A stretch of 64,000 nucleotides of DNA from Eledone cirrhosa (taxonomy: Eukaryota). Below, in pieces: positions 26,792 to 39,900 of the stretch. The notes below the pieces were generated by a model. That model was not told the DNA's origin. It saw only the letters and a list, made by a program, of their open reading frames with translations, and made no database searches. The translations under genes were made by a program, and so were the position numbers. The stretch is from assembly GCA_964016885.1 (NCBI GenBank), contig OZ024740.1, forward strand, positions 434,930,001 to 434,994,000, given 5' to 3'. Each line of letters starts with the position of its first letter. Position 1 is the stretch's first letter.

Positions 26792-29699
26792 AACTGTTTT
26801 AATAGAACCAACTCAGGTATATGATAGGTGGCACTGTGGGTAACTGTTTTAATGGAACCAACTGAAGTATATGATAGGTGGCGCTGTGGGAAACTGTTTT
26901 AATGGAACCAACTGAAGTATATGGTAGGTGGCGCTGTGGGAAACTGTTTTAATGGAACCAACTGAAGTATATGATAGGTAGCACTGTGCGTAATTGTTTT
27001 AATGGAACCAACTGAAGTATATGATAGGTGGCACTGTGGGAAACTGTTTTAATGGAACCAACTGAAGTATATGATAGGTGGCACTGTGGGAAACTGTTTT
27101 AATGGAACCAACTGAAGTATATGATAAGTGGCACTGTGGGAAACTGTTTTAATGGAACCAACTGAAGTATATGATAGATGGCGCTGTGCGTAATTGTTTT
27201 AATGGAACCAACTGAAGTATATGATAGGTGGCACTGTGGGAAACGGTTTTAATGCAACCAACTGGAGTATATGATAGGTGGCACTGTGGGAAACGGTTTT
27301 AATGGAATTAACTGAAGTATATGATAGGTGGCGCTGTGGAAACTGTTTTAATGCAAGCAACTGAAGTATATGATAGGTGGCACTGTGGGAAACTGTTTTA
27401 ATGGAACTAACTGAAGTATATGATAGGTGGCACTGTGGGAAACGGTTTTAATGCAACCAACTGAAGTATATGATAGGTGGCACTGTGGGAAACTGTTTTA
27501 ATGGAACTAACTGAAGTATATGGTAGGTGGCACTGTGGGAAACGGTTTTAATGGAATTAACTGAAGTATATGATAGGTGGCACTGTGGGAAACTGTTTTA
27601 ATGCAACCAACTGAAGTATATGATAGGTGGCACTGTGGGAAACTGTTTTAATGCAACCAACTGAAGTATATGATAGGTGGCACTGTGGGAAACGGTTTTA
27701 ATGCAACCAACTGAAGTATATGATAAGTGGCACTGTGGGAAACGGTTTTAATGCAACCAACTGAAGTATATGATAGGTGGCACTGTGGGAAACTGTTTTA
27801 ATGGAACTAACTGAAGTATATGATAGGTGGCACTGTGGGAAACGGTTTTAATGGAATTAACTGAAGTATATGATAGGTGGCACTGTGGGAAACTGTTTTA
27901 ATGCAACCAACTGAAGTATATGATAGGCGGCGCTGCGGGAAACTGTTTTAATGGAACCAACTGAAGTATATGATAGGTGGCACTGTGGGAAACTGTTTTA
28001 ATGGAACCAACTGATGTATATGGTAGGTGGCGCTGTGGGAAACTGTTTTAATGGAACCAACTGATGTATATGATAGGTGGCACTGTGGGAAACTGTTTTA
28101 ATGGAACTAACTGAAGTATATGATAGGTGGCACTGTTGGTAACTGTTTTAATGGAACCAACTCAAGTATATTATAGGTGGCACTGTGGGTAACTGTTTTA
28201 ATGGAACCAACTGAAGTATATGATAGGTGGCACTGTGGGAAACTGTTTTAATGGAACCAACTGATGTATATGGTAGGTGGCGCTGTGGGAAACTGTTTTA
28301 ATGGAACCAACTGATGTATATGATAGGTGGCACTGTAGGAAACTGTTTTAATGGAACTAACTGAAGTATATGATAGGTGGGGCTGTGGGAAACTGTTTTA
28401 ATGGAACTAACTCAGGTATATGATAGGTGGCGCTGTGGGTAACTGTTTTAATAGAACCAACTCAGGTATATGATAGGTGGCGCTGTGGGTAAATGTTTTA
28501 ATGGAACCAACTGAAGTATATGATAGGTGGCGCTGTGGGTAACTGTTTTAATAGAACCAACTCAGGTATATGATAGGTGGCGCTGTGGGAAACTGTTTTA
28601 ATAGAACTAACTGAAGTATATGATAGGTGGCACTGTGGGAAACTGTTTTAATAGAACCAACTGAAGTATATGATAAGTGGCGCTGTGGGAAACTGTTTTA
28701 ATGCAACCAACTGAAGTATATGATAGGTGGCACTGTGCGTAATTGTTTTAATGGAACCAACTGAAGTATATGATAGGTGGCACTGTGGGAAACTGTTTTA
28801 ATGGAACTAACTGAAGTATATGATAGGTGGCACTGTGGGTAACTGTTTTAATGGAACCAACTGATGTATATGATAGGTGGCACTGTGGGAAACTGTTTTA
28901 ATGCAACCAACTGAAGTATATGATAGGTGGCACTGTGGGAAACTGTTTTAATGGAACTAACTGAAGTATATGATAGGTGGCACTGTGGGAAACTGTTTTA
29001 ATGCAACCAACTGAAGTATATGATAGGTGGCACTGTGGGAAACTGTTTTAATGGAACTAACTGAAGTATATGATAGGTGGCACTGTGGGTAACTGTTTTA
29101 ATGGAACCAACTGAAGTATATGATAGGTGGCACTGTGGGAAACTGTTTTAATGGAACTAACTGAATTATATGATATGTGGAACTGTGGATAACTGTTTTA
29201 ATGGAACCAACTGAAGAATATGATAGATGGCGCTGTGGGAAATTGTTTTAATGGAACCAACTGAAGTATATGATAGGTGGCACTGTGGGAAACTGTTTTA
29301 ATAGAACCAACTGAAGTATATGATAGGTGGCGCTGTGGGAAAATGGTTTAATGGAACCAACTGATGTATATGATAGGTGGCGCTGTGGGTAGCTGTTTTA
29401 ATAGAACCAACTGAAGTATATGATAGGTGGCGCAGTGGGAAACTGTTTTAATAGAACCAACTCAGGTATATGATAGGTGGCGCTGTGGGAAACTGTTTTA
29501 ATGGAACCAACTGAAGTATATGATAGGTGGCACTGTGGGTAACTGTTTTAATGGAACCAACTGAAGTATATGATAGGTGGCGCTGTGGGAAACTGTTTTA
29601 ATGGAACCAAGTGAAGTATATGGTAGGTGGCGCTGTGGGAAACTGTTTTAATGGAACCAACTGAAGTATATGGGAGGTGGCGCTGTGGGAAACTGTTTT

Positions 29700-29708
29700 C
29701 ATCATCAT
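29700..29708 (-). mobile_element. (CAT)3 micro-insertion, copy 5
   Basis: Same sequence and flanks; 8777 bp after 20923. Confidence 0.7.
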
Positions 29709-30259
29709 AACTGTTTTAATAGAACCAACTCAGGTATATGATAGGTGGCACTGTGGGTAACTGTTTTAATGGAACCAACTGAAGTATATGATAGGTGGCG
29801 CTGTGGGAAACTGTTTTAATGGAACCAACTGAAGTATATGGTAGGTGGCGCTGTGGGAAACTGTTTTAATGGAACCAACTGAAGTATATGATAGGTGGCA
29901 CTGTGGGAAACTGTTTTAATGGAACCAACTGAAGTATATGATAAGTGGCACTGTGGGAAACTGTTTTAATGGAACCAACTGAAGTATATGATAGATGGCG
30001 CTGTGCGTAATTGTTTTAATGGAACCAACTGAAGTATATGATAGGTGGCACTGTGGGAAACGGTTTTAATGCAACCAACTGAAGTATATGATAGGTGGCA
30101 CTGTGGGAAACGGTTTTAATGGAATTAACTGAAGTATATGATAGGTGGCGCTGTGGAAACTGTTTTAATGCAAGCAACTGAAGTATATGATAGGTGGCAC
30201 TGTGGGAAACTGTTTTAATGCAACCAACTGAAGTATATGATAGGTGGCACTGTGGGAAA

Positions 30260-33130
30260 CTGTTTTAATGGAACTAACTGAAGTATATGATAGGTGGCAC
30301 TGTGGGAAACGGTTTTAATGCAACCAACTGAAGTATATGATAGGTGGCACTGTGGGAAACTGTTTTAATGGAACTAACTGAAGTATATGGTAGGTGGCAC
30401 TGTGGGAAACGGTTTTAATGGAATTAACTGAAGTATATGATAGGTGGCACTGTGGGAAACTGTTTTAATGCAACCAACTGAAGTACATGATAGGTGGCAC
30501 TGTGGGAAACTGTTTTAATGCAACCAACTGAAGTATATGATAGGTGGCACTGTGGGAAACGGTTTTAATGCAACCAACTGAAGTATATGATAAGTGGCAC
30601 TGTGGGAAACGGTTTTAATGCAACCAACTGAAGTATATGATAGGTGGCACTGTGGGAAACTGTTTTAATGGAACTAACTGAAGTATATGATAGGTGGCAC
30701 TGTGGGAAACGGTTTTAATGGAATTAACTGAAGTATATGATAGGTGGCACTGTGGGAAACTGTTTTAATGCAACGAACTGAAGTATATGATAGGCGGCGC
30801 TGCGGGAAACTGTTTTAATGGAACCAACTGAAGTATATGATAGGTGGCACTGTGGGAAACTGTTTTAATGGAACCAACTGATGTATATGGTAGGTGGCGC
30901 TGTGGGAAACTGTTTTAATGGAACCAACTGATGTATATGATAGGTGGCACTGTTGGTAACTGTTTTAATGGAACCAACTCAAGTATATTATAGGTGGCAC
31001 TGTGGGTAACTGTTTTAATGGAACCAACTGAAGTATATGATAGGTGGCACTGTGGGAAACTGTTTTAATGGAACCAACTGATGTATATGGTAGGTGGCGC
31101 TGTGGGAAACTGTTTTAATGGAACCAACTGATGTATATGATAGGTGGCACTGTGGGAAACTGTTTTAATGGAACTAACTGAAGTATATGATAGGTGGGGC
31201 TGTGGGAAACTGTTTTAATGGAACTAACTCAGGTATATGATAGGTGGCGCTGTGGGTAACTGTTTTAATAGAACCAACTCAGGTATATGATAGGTGGCGC
31301 TGTGGGTAAATGTTTTAATGGAACCAACTGAAGTATATGATAGGTGGCGCTGTGGGTAACTGTTTTAATAGAACCAACTCAGGTATATGATAGGTGGCGC
31401 TGTGGGAAACTGTTTTAATAGAACTAACTGAAGTATATGATAGGTGGCACTGTGGGAAACTGTTTTAATAGAACCAACTGAAGTATATGATAAGTGGCGC
31501 TGTGGGAAACTGTTTTAATGCAACCAACTGAAGTATATGATAGGTGGCACTGTGCGTAATTGTTTTAATGGAACCAACTGAAGTATATGATAGGTGGCAC
31601 TGTGGGAAACTGTTTTAATGGAACTAACTGAAGTATATGATAGGTGGCACTGTGGGTAACTGTTTTAATGGAACCAACTGAAGTATATGATAGGTGGCAC
31701 TGTGGGAAACTGTTTTAATGGAACTAACTGAAGTATATGATAGGTGGCACTGTGGGAAACGGTTTTAATGCAACCAACTGAAGTATATGATAGGTGGCAC
31801 TGTGGGAAACTGTTTTAATGGAACTAACTGAAGTATATGGTAGGTGGCACTGTGGGAAACGGTTTTAATGGAATTAACTGAAGTATATGATAGGTGGCAC
31901 TGTGGGAAACTGTTTTAATGCAACCAACTGAAGTATATGATAGGTGGCACTGTGGGAAACTGTTTTAATGCAACCAACTGAAGTATATGATAGGTGGCAC
32001 TGTGGGAAACGGTTTTAATGCAACCAACTGAAGTATATGATAAGTGGCACTGTGGGAAACGGTTTTAATGCAACCAACTGAAGTATATGATAGGTGGCAC
32101 TGTGGGAAACTGTTTTAATGGAACTAACTGAAGTATATGATAGGTGGCACTGTGGGAAACGGTTTTAATGGAATTAACTGAAGTATATGATAGGTGGCAC
32201 TGTGGGAAACTGTTTTAATGCAACCAACTGAAGTATATGATAGGCGGCGCTGCGGGAAACTGTTTTAATGGAACCAACTGAAGTATATGATAGGTGGCAC
32301 TGTGGGAAACTGTTTTAATGGAACCAACTGATGTATATGGTAGGTGGCGCTGTGGGAAACTGTTTTAATGGAACCAACTGATGTATATGATAGGTGGCAC
32401 TGTTGGTAACTGTTTTAATGGAACCAACTCAAGTATATTATAGGTGGCACTGTGGGTAACTGTTTTAATGGAACCAACTGAAGTATATGATAGGTGGCAC
32501 TGTGGGAAACTGTTTTAATGGAACCAACTGATGTATATGGTAGGTGGCGCTGTGGGAAACTGTTTTAATGGAACCAACTGATGTATATGATAGGTGGCAC
32601 TGTGGGAAACTGTTTTAATGGAACTAACTGAAGTATATGATAGGTGGGGCTGTGGGAAACTGTTTTAATGGAACTAACTCAGGTATATGATAGGTGGCGC
32701 TGTGGGTAACTGTTTTAATAGAACCAACTCAGGTATATGATAGGTGGCGCTGTGGGTAAATGTTTTAATGGAACCAACTGAAGTATATGATAGGTGGCGC
32801 TGTGGGTAACTGTTTTAATAGAACCAACTCAGGTATATGATAGGTGGCGCTGTGGGAAACTGTTTTAATAGAACTAACTGAAGTATATGATAGGTGGCAC
32901 TGTGGGAAACTGTCTTAATAGAACCAACTGAAGTATATGATAAGTGGCGCTGTGGGAAACTGTTTTAATGCAACCAACTGAAGTATATGATAGGTGGCAC
33001 TGTGCGTAATTGTTTTAATGGAACCAACTGAAGTATATGATAGGTGGCACTGTGGGAAACTGTTTTAATGGAACTAACTGAAGTATATGATAGGTGGCAC
33101 TGTGGGTAACTGTTTTAATGGAACCAACTG
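30260..33130. repeat. Tandem duplication within the array, period 1450 bp (29 monomers)
   Basis: tgttggtaac at 30951/32401; ggcggcgctgcggg at 30793/32243. Boundaries approximate. Confidence 0.75.
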
Positions 33131-36100
33131 ATGTATATGATAGGTGGCACTGTGGGAAACTGTTTTAATGCAACCAACTGAAGTATATGATAGGTGGCAC
33201 TGTGGGAAACTGTTTTAATGGAACTAACTGAAGTATATGATAGGTGGCACTGTGGGAAACTGTTTTAATGCAACCAACTGAAGTATATGATAGGTGGCAC
33301 TGTGGGAAACTGTTTTAATGGAACTAACTGAAGTATATGATAGGTGGCACTGTGGGTAACTGTTTTAATGGAACCAACTGAAGTATATGATAGGTGGCAC
33401 TGTGGGAAACTGTTTTAATGGAACTAACTGAAGTATATGATAGGTGGCACTGTGGGAAACTGTTTTAATGGAACTAACTGAAGTATACAATAGGTGGCGC
33501 TGTGGGAAACTGTTTTAATGGAACCAACTAAAGTATATGATAGGTGGCGCTGTGGGAAACTGTTTTAATGGAACCAGCTGAAGTATATGATAGGTGGCAC
33601 TGTGGGAAACTGTTTTAATGGAACTAACTGAAGTATACAATAGGTGGCACTGTGGGAAACTGTTTTAATGGAACTAACTGAAGTATATGATAGGTGGCAC
33701 TGTGGGTAACTGTTTTAATGGAACCAACTGAAGTATATGATAGATGGCGCTGTGGGAAATTGTTTTAATGGAACCAACTGAAGTATATGATAGGTGGCGC
33801 TGTGGGAAATTGTTTTAATGGAACCAACTGAAGTATATGATAGGTGGCACTGTGGGTAACTGTTTTAATGGAACCAACTGAAGTATATGATAGGTGGCGC
33901 TGTGGGAAACTGTTTTAATGGAACCAACTGATGTATATGATAGGTGGCGCTGTGGGTAACTGTTTTAATAGAACCAACTGAAGTATATGATAGGTGGCGC
34001 TGTGGGAAAATGTTTTAATGGAACCAACTGATGTATATGATAGGTGGCGCTGTGGGAAACTGTTTTAATAGAACCAACTCAGGTATATGATAGGTGGCGC
34101 TGTGGGAAACTGTTTTAATGGAACCAACTGAAGTATATGATAGGTGGCACTGTGGGTAACTGTTTTAATGGAACCAACTGAAGTATATGATAGATGGCGC
34201 TGTGGGTAACTGTTTTAATGCAACCAACTGAAGTATATGATAGGTGGCACTGTGGGAAACTGTTTTAATGGAACTAACTGAAGTATATGATAGGTGGCAC
34301 TGTGGGAAACTGTTTTAATGGAACTAACTGAAGTATATGATAGGTGGCACTGTGGGAAACGGTTTTAATGCAACCAACTGAAGTATATGATAGGTGGCAC
34401 TGTGGGAAACTGTTTTAATGGAACTAACTGAAGTATATGGTAGGTGGCACTGTGGGAAACGGTTTTAATGGAATTAACTGAAGTATATGATAGGTGGCAC
34501 TGTGGGAAACTGTTTTAATGCAACCAACTGAAGTATATGATAGGTGGCACTGTGGGAAACTGTTTTAATGCAACCAACTGAAGTATATGATAGGTGGCAC
34601 TGTGGGAAACGGTTTTAATGCAACCAACTGAAGTATATGATAAGTGGCACTGTGGGAAACGGTTTTAATGCAACCAACTGAAGTATATGATAGGTGGCAC
34701 TGTGGGAAACTGTTTTAATGGAACTAACTGAAGTATATGATAGGTGGCACTGTGGGAAACGGTTTTAATGGAATTAACTGAAGTATATGATAGGTGGCAC
34801 TGTGGGAAACTGTTTTAATGCAACCAACTGAAGTATATGATAGGCGGCGCTGCGGGAAACTGTTTTAATGGAACCAACTGAAGTATATGATAGGTGGCAC
34901 TGTGGGAAACTGTTTTAATGGAACCAACTGATGTATATGGTAGGTGGCGCTGTGGGAAACTGTTTTAATGGAACCAACTGATGTATATGATAGGTGGCAC
35001 TGTTGGTAACTGTTTTAATGGAACCAACTCAAGTATATTATAGGTGGCACTGTGGGTAACTGTTTTAATGGAACCAACTGAAGTATATGATAGGTGGCAC
35101 TGTGGGAAACTGTTTTAATGGAACCAACTGATGTATATGGTAGGTGGCGCTGTGGGAAACTGTTTTAATGGAACCAACTGATGTATATGATAGGTGGCAC
35201 TGTGGGAAACTGTTTTAATGGAACTAACTGAAGTATATGATAGGTGGGGCTGTGGGAAACTGTTTTAATGGAACTAACTCAGGTATATGATAGGTGGCGC
35301 TGTGGGTAACTGTTTTAATAGAACCAACTCAGGTATATGATAGGTGGCGCTGTGGGTAAATGTTTTAATGGAACCAACTGAAGTATATGATAGGTGGCGC
35401 TGTGGGTAACTGTTTTAATAGAACCAACTCAGGTATATGATAGGTGGCGCTGTGGGAAACTGTTTTAATAGAACTAACTGAAGTATATGATAGGTGGCAC
35501 TGTGGGAAACTGTCTTAATAGAACCAACTGAAGTATATGATAAGTGGCGCTGTGGGAAACTGTTTTAATGCAACCAACTGAAGTATATGATAGGTGGCAC
35601 TGTGCGTAATTGTTTTAATGGAACCAACTGAAGTATATGATAGGTGGCACTGTGGGAAACTGTTTTAATGGAACTAACTGAAGTATATGATAGGTGGCAC
35701 TGTGGGTAACTGTTTTAATGGAACCAACTGATGTATATGATAGGTGGCACTGTGGGAAACTGTTTTAATGCAACCAACTGAAGTATATGATAGGTGGCAC
35801 TGTGGGAAACTGTTTTAATGGAACTAACTGAAGTATATGATAGGTGGCACTGTGGGAAACTGTTTTAATGCAACCAACTGAAGTATATGATAGGTGGCAC
35901 TGTGGGAAACTGTTTTAATGGAACTAACTGAAGTATATGATAGGTGGCACTGTGGGTAACTGTTTTAATGGAACCAACTGAAGTATATGATAGGTGGCAC
36001 TGTGGGAAACTGTTTTAATGGAACTAACTGAAGTATATGATAGGTGGCACTGTGGGAAACTGTTTTAATGGAACTAACTGAAGTATACAATAGGTGGCGC

Positions 36101-36900
36101 TGTGGGAAACTGTTTTAATGGAACCAACTAAAGTATATGATAGGTGGCGCTGTGGGAAACTGTTTTAATGGAACCAGCTGAAGTATATGATAGGTGGCAC
36201 TGTGGGAAACTGTTTTAATGGAACTAACTGAAGTATACAATAGGTGGCACTGTGGGAAACTGTTTTAATGGAACTAACTGAAGTATATGATAGGTGGCAC
36301 TGTGGGTAACTGTTTTAATGGAACCAACTGAAGTATATGATAGATGGCGCTGTGGGAAATTGTTTTAATGGAACCAACTGAAGTATATGATAGGTGGCGC
36401 TGTGGGAAATTGTTTTAATGGAACCAACTGAAGTATATGATAGGTGGCACTGTGGGTAACTGTTTTAATGGAACCAACTGAAGTATATGATAGGTGGCGC
36501 TGTGGGAAACTGTTTTAATGGAACCAACTGATGTATATGATAGGTGGCGCTGTGGGTAACTGTTTTAATAGAACCAACTGAAGTATATGATAGGTGGCGC
36601 TGTGGGAAAATGTTTTAATGGAACCAACTGATGTATATGATAGGTGGCGCTGTGGGAAACTGTTTTAATAGAACCAACTCAGGTATATGATAGGTGGCGC
36701 TGTGGGAAACTGTTTTAATGGAACCAACTGAAGTATATGATAGGTGGCACTGTGGGTAACTGTTTTAATGGAACCAACTGAAGTATATGATAGATGGCGC
36801 TGTGGGTAACTGTTTTAATGCAACCAACTGAAGTATATGATAGGTGGCACTGTGGGAAACTGTTTTAATGGAACTAACTGAAGTATATGATAGGTGGCAC
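31700..36900. repeat. Tandem duplication within the array, period 2600 bp (52 monomers)
   Basis: Private variants tgtcttaata 32911/35511, gaaccaactaaag 33521/36121 and tgtgggaaaatg 34001/36601. Confidence 0.85.
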
Positions 36901-39900
36901 TGTGGGAAACTGTTTTAATGGAACTAACTGAAGTATATGATACGTGGCACTGTGGGAAACTGTTTTAATGGAACTAACTGAAGTATATGATAGGTGGCAC
37001 TGTGGGAAACTGTTTTAATGCAACCAACTGAAGTATATGATAGGCGGCGCTGTGGGAAACTGTTTTAATGGAACCAACTGAAGTATATGATAGGTGGCAC
37101 TGTGGGAAACTGTTTTAATGCAACCAACTGAAGTATATGATAGGTGGCACTGTGGGAAACTGTTTTAATGGAACTAACTGAAGTATATGATAGGTGGCAC
37201 TGTGGGAAACTGTTTTAATGGAACTAACTGAAGTATATGATAGGTGGCACTGTGGGAAACTGTTTTAATGGAACTAACTGAAGTATATGATAGGTGGCGC
37301 TGTGGGAAACTGTTTTAATGGAACCAACTGAAGTATATGATAGGTGGCGCTGTGGGAAACTGTTTTAATAGAACCAACTCAGGTATATGATAGGTGGCAC
37401 TGTGCGTAACTGTTTTAATGGAACCAACTGAAGTATATGATAGGTGGCGCTGTGGGAAACTGTTTTAATGCAACCAACTGAAGTAGAGTATAGGCAGCGC
37501 TGTGGGAAACTGTTTTAATGGAACAAACTGAAGTATATGATATGTGGCACTGTGGATAACTGTTTTAATGGAACCAACTGAAGAATATGATAGATGGCGC
37601 TGTGGGAAATTGTTTTAATGGAACCAACTGAAGTATATGATAGGTGGCATTGTGGGAAACTGTTTTAATAGAACCAACTGAAGTATATGATAGGAGGCGC
37701 TGTGGGAAACTGTTTTAATGGAACTAACTCAGGTATATGATAGGTGGCGCTGTGGGTAACTGTTTTAATAGAACCAACTCAGGTATATGATAGGTGGGGC
37801 TGTGGGTAAATGTTTTAATGGAACCAACTGAAGTATATGATAGGTGGCGCTGTGGGTAACTGTTTTAATGCAACCAACTGAAGTATATGATAGGTGGCAC
37901 TGTGGGAAACTGTTTTAATGGAACTAACTGAAGTATATGATAGGTGGCACTGTGGGAAACTGTTTTAATGCAACCAACTGAAGTATATGATAGGTGGCAC
38001 TGTGGGAAACTGTTTTAATGGAACTAACTGAAGTATATGATAGGTGGCACTGTGGGAAACTGTTTTAATGCAACCAACTGAAGTATATGATAGGTGGCAC
38101 TGTGGGAAACTGTTTTAATGCAACCAACTGAAGTATATGATAGGTGGCACTGTGGGAAACTGTTTTAATGGAACTAACTGAAGTATATGATAGGTGGCAC
38201 TGTGGGAAACTGTTTTAATGGAACTAACTGAAGTATATGATAGGTGGCACTGTGGGAAACTGTTTTAATGGAACCAACTGAAGTATATGATAGGTGGCGC
38301 TGTGGGAAACTGTTTTAATGGAACCAGCTGAAGTATATGATATGTGGCACTGTGGGAAACTGTTTTAATGGAACTAACTGAAGTAAACAATAGGTGGCAC
38401 TGTGGGAAACTGTTTTAATGGAACTAACTGAAGTATATGATAGGTGGCACTGTGGGTAACTGTTTTAATGGAACCAACTGAAGTATATGATAGATGGCGC
38501 TGTGGGAAATTGTTTTAATGGAACCAACTGAAGTATATGATAGGTGGCGCTGTGGGAAATTGTTTTAATGGAACCAACTGAAGTATATGATAGGTGGCAC
38601 TGTGGGTAACTGTTTTAATGGAACCAACTGAAGTATATGATAGGTGGCACTGTGGGAAACTGTTTTAATGGAACCAACTGATGTATATGATAGGTGGCGC
38701 TGTGGGTAACTGTTTTAATAGAACCAACTGAAGTATATGATAGGTGGCGCTGTGGGAAACTGTTTTAATGGAACCAACTGATGTATATGATAGGTGGCGC
38801 TGTGGGAAACTGTTTTAATAGAACCAACTCAGGTATATGATAGGTGGCGCTGTGGGAAACTGTTTTAATGGAACTAACTGAAGTATATGATAGGTGGCAC
38901 TGTGGGAAACTGTTTTAATGGAACTAACTGAAGTATATGATACGTGGCACTGTGGGAAACTGTTTTAATGGAACTAACTGAAGTATATGATAGGTGGCAC
39001 TGTGGGAAACTGTTTTAATGCAACCAACTGAAGTATATGGTAGGCGGCGCTGTGGGAAACTGTTTTAATGGAACCAACTGAAGTATATGATAGGTGGCAC
39101 TGTGGGAAACTGTTTTAATGCAACCAACTGAAGTATATGATAGGTGGCACTGTGGGAAACTGTTTTAATGGAACTAACTGAAGTATATGATAGGTGGCAC
39201 TGTGGGAAACTGTTTTAATGGAACTAACTGAAGTATATGATAGGTGGCACTGTGGGAAACTGTTTTAATGGAACTAACTGAAGTATATGATAGGTGGCGC
39301 TGTGGGAAACTGTTTTAATGGAACCAACTGAAGTATACAATAGGTAGCGCTGTGGGAACTGTTTTAATGAACCAACTGAAGTATATGATAGGTGGCGCTG
39401 TGGGTAACTCTTTTATTGGAACCAACTGAAGTATATGATAGGTGGTGCTGTGGGAAACAGTTTTAATGGAACCAACTGAAGTATATGATAGGTGGCACTG
39501 TGGATAACTCTTTTAATGGAACCAACTCAGGTATATGATAGGTGGCGCTGTGGGAAACTGTTTTAATGGAACCAACTGAAGTATATGATAGGTGGCGCTG
39601 TGGGAAACTATTTTAATGGAACCAACTGATCTATATGATAGGTGGCGCTGTGGGTAGCTGTTTTAATAGAACCAACTGAAATATATCATAGGTGGCGCTG
39701 TGGGAAACTGTTTTAATGGAACCAACTGAAGTATATGATAGGTGGCACTGTGGGAAACTGTTTTAATGGAACTAACTGAAGTATATGATAGGTGGCACTG
39801 TGGGTAACTGTTTTAATGGAACCAACTGAAGTATATGATAGATGGCGCTGTAGGAAATTGTTTTAATGGAACCAACTGAAGTATATGATAGGTGGCACTG

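Larger units (their letters stand above)
12430..29850. repeat. Near-perfect tandem segmental duplication, period 8777 bp; each unit has 2 LINE fragments and 2 micro-insertions
   Basis: LINE starts 15164/23941 and 16735/25512, and micro-insertions 18006/26783 and 20923/29700, all differ by 8777. The order of rare monomer variants matches from ~12430-21070 to ~21207-29848. Confidence 0.92.
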
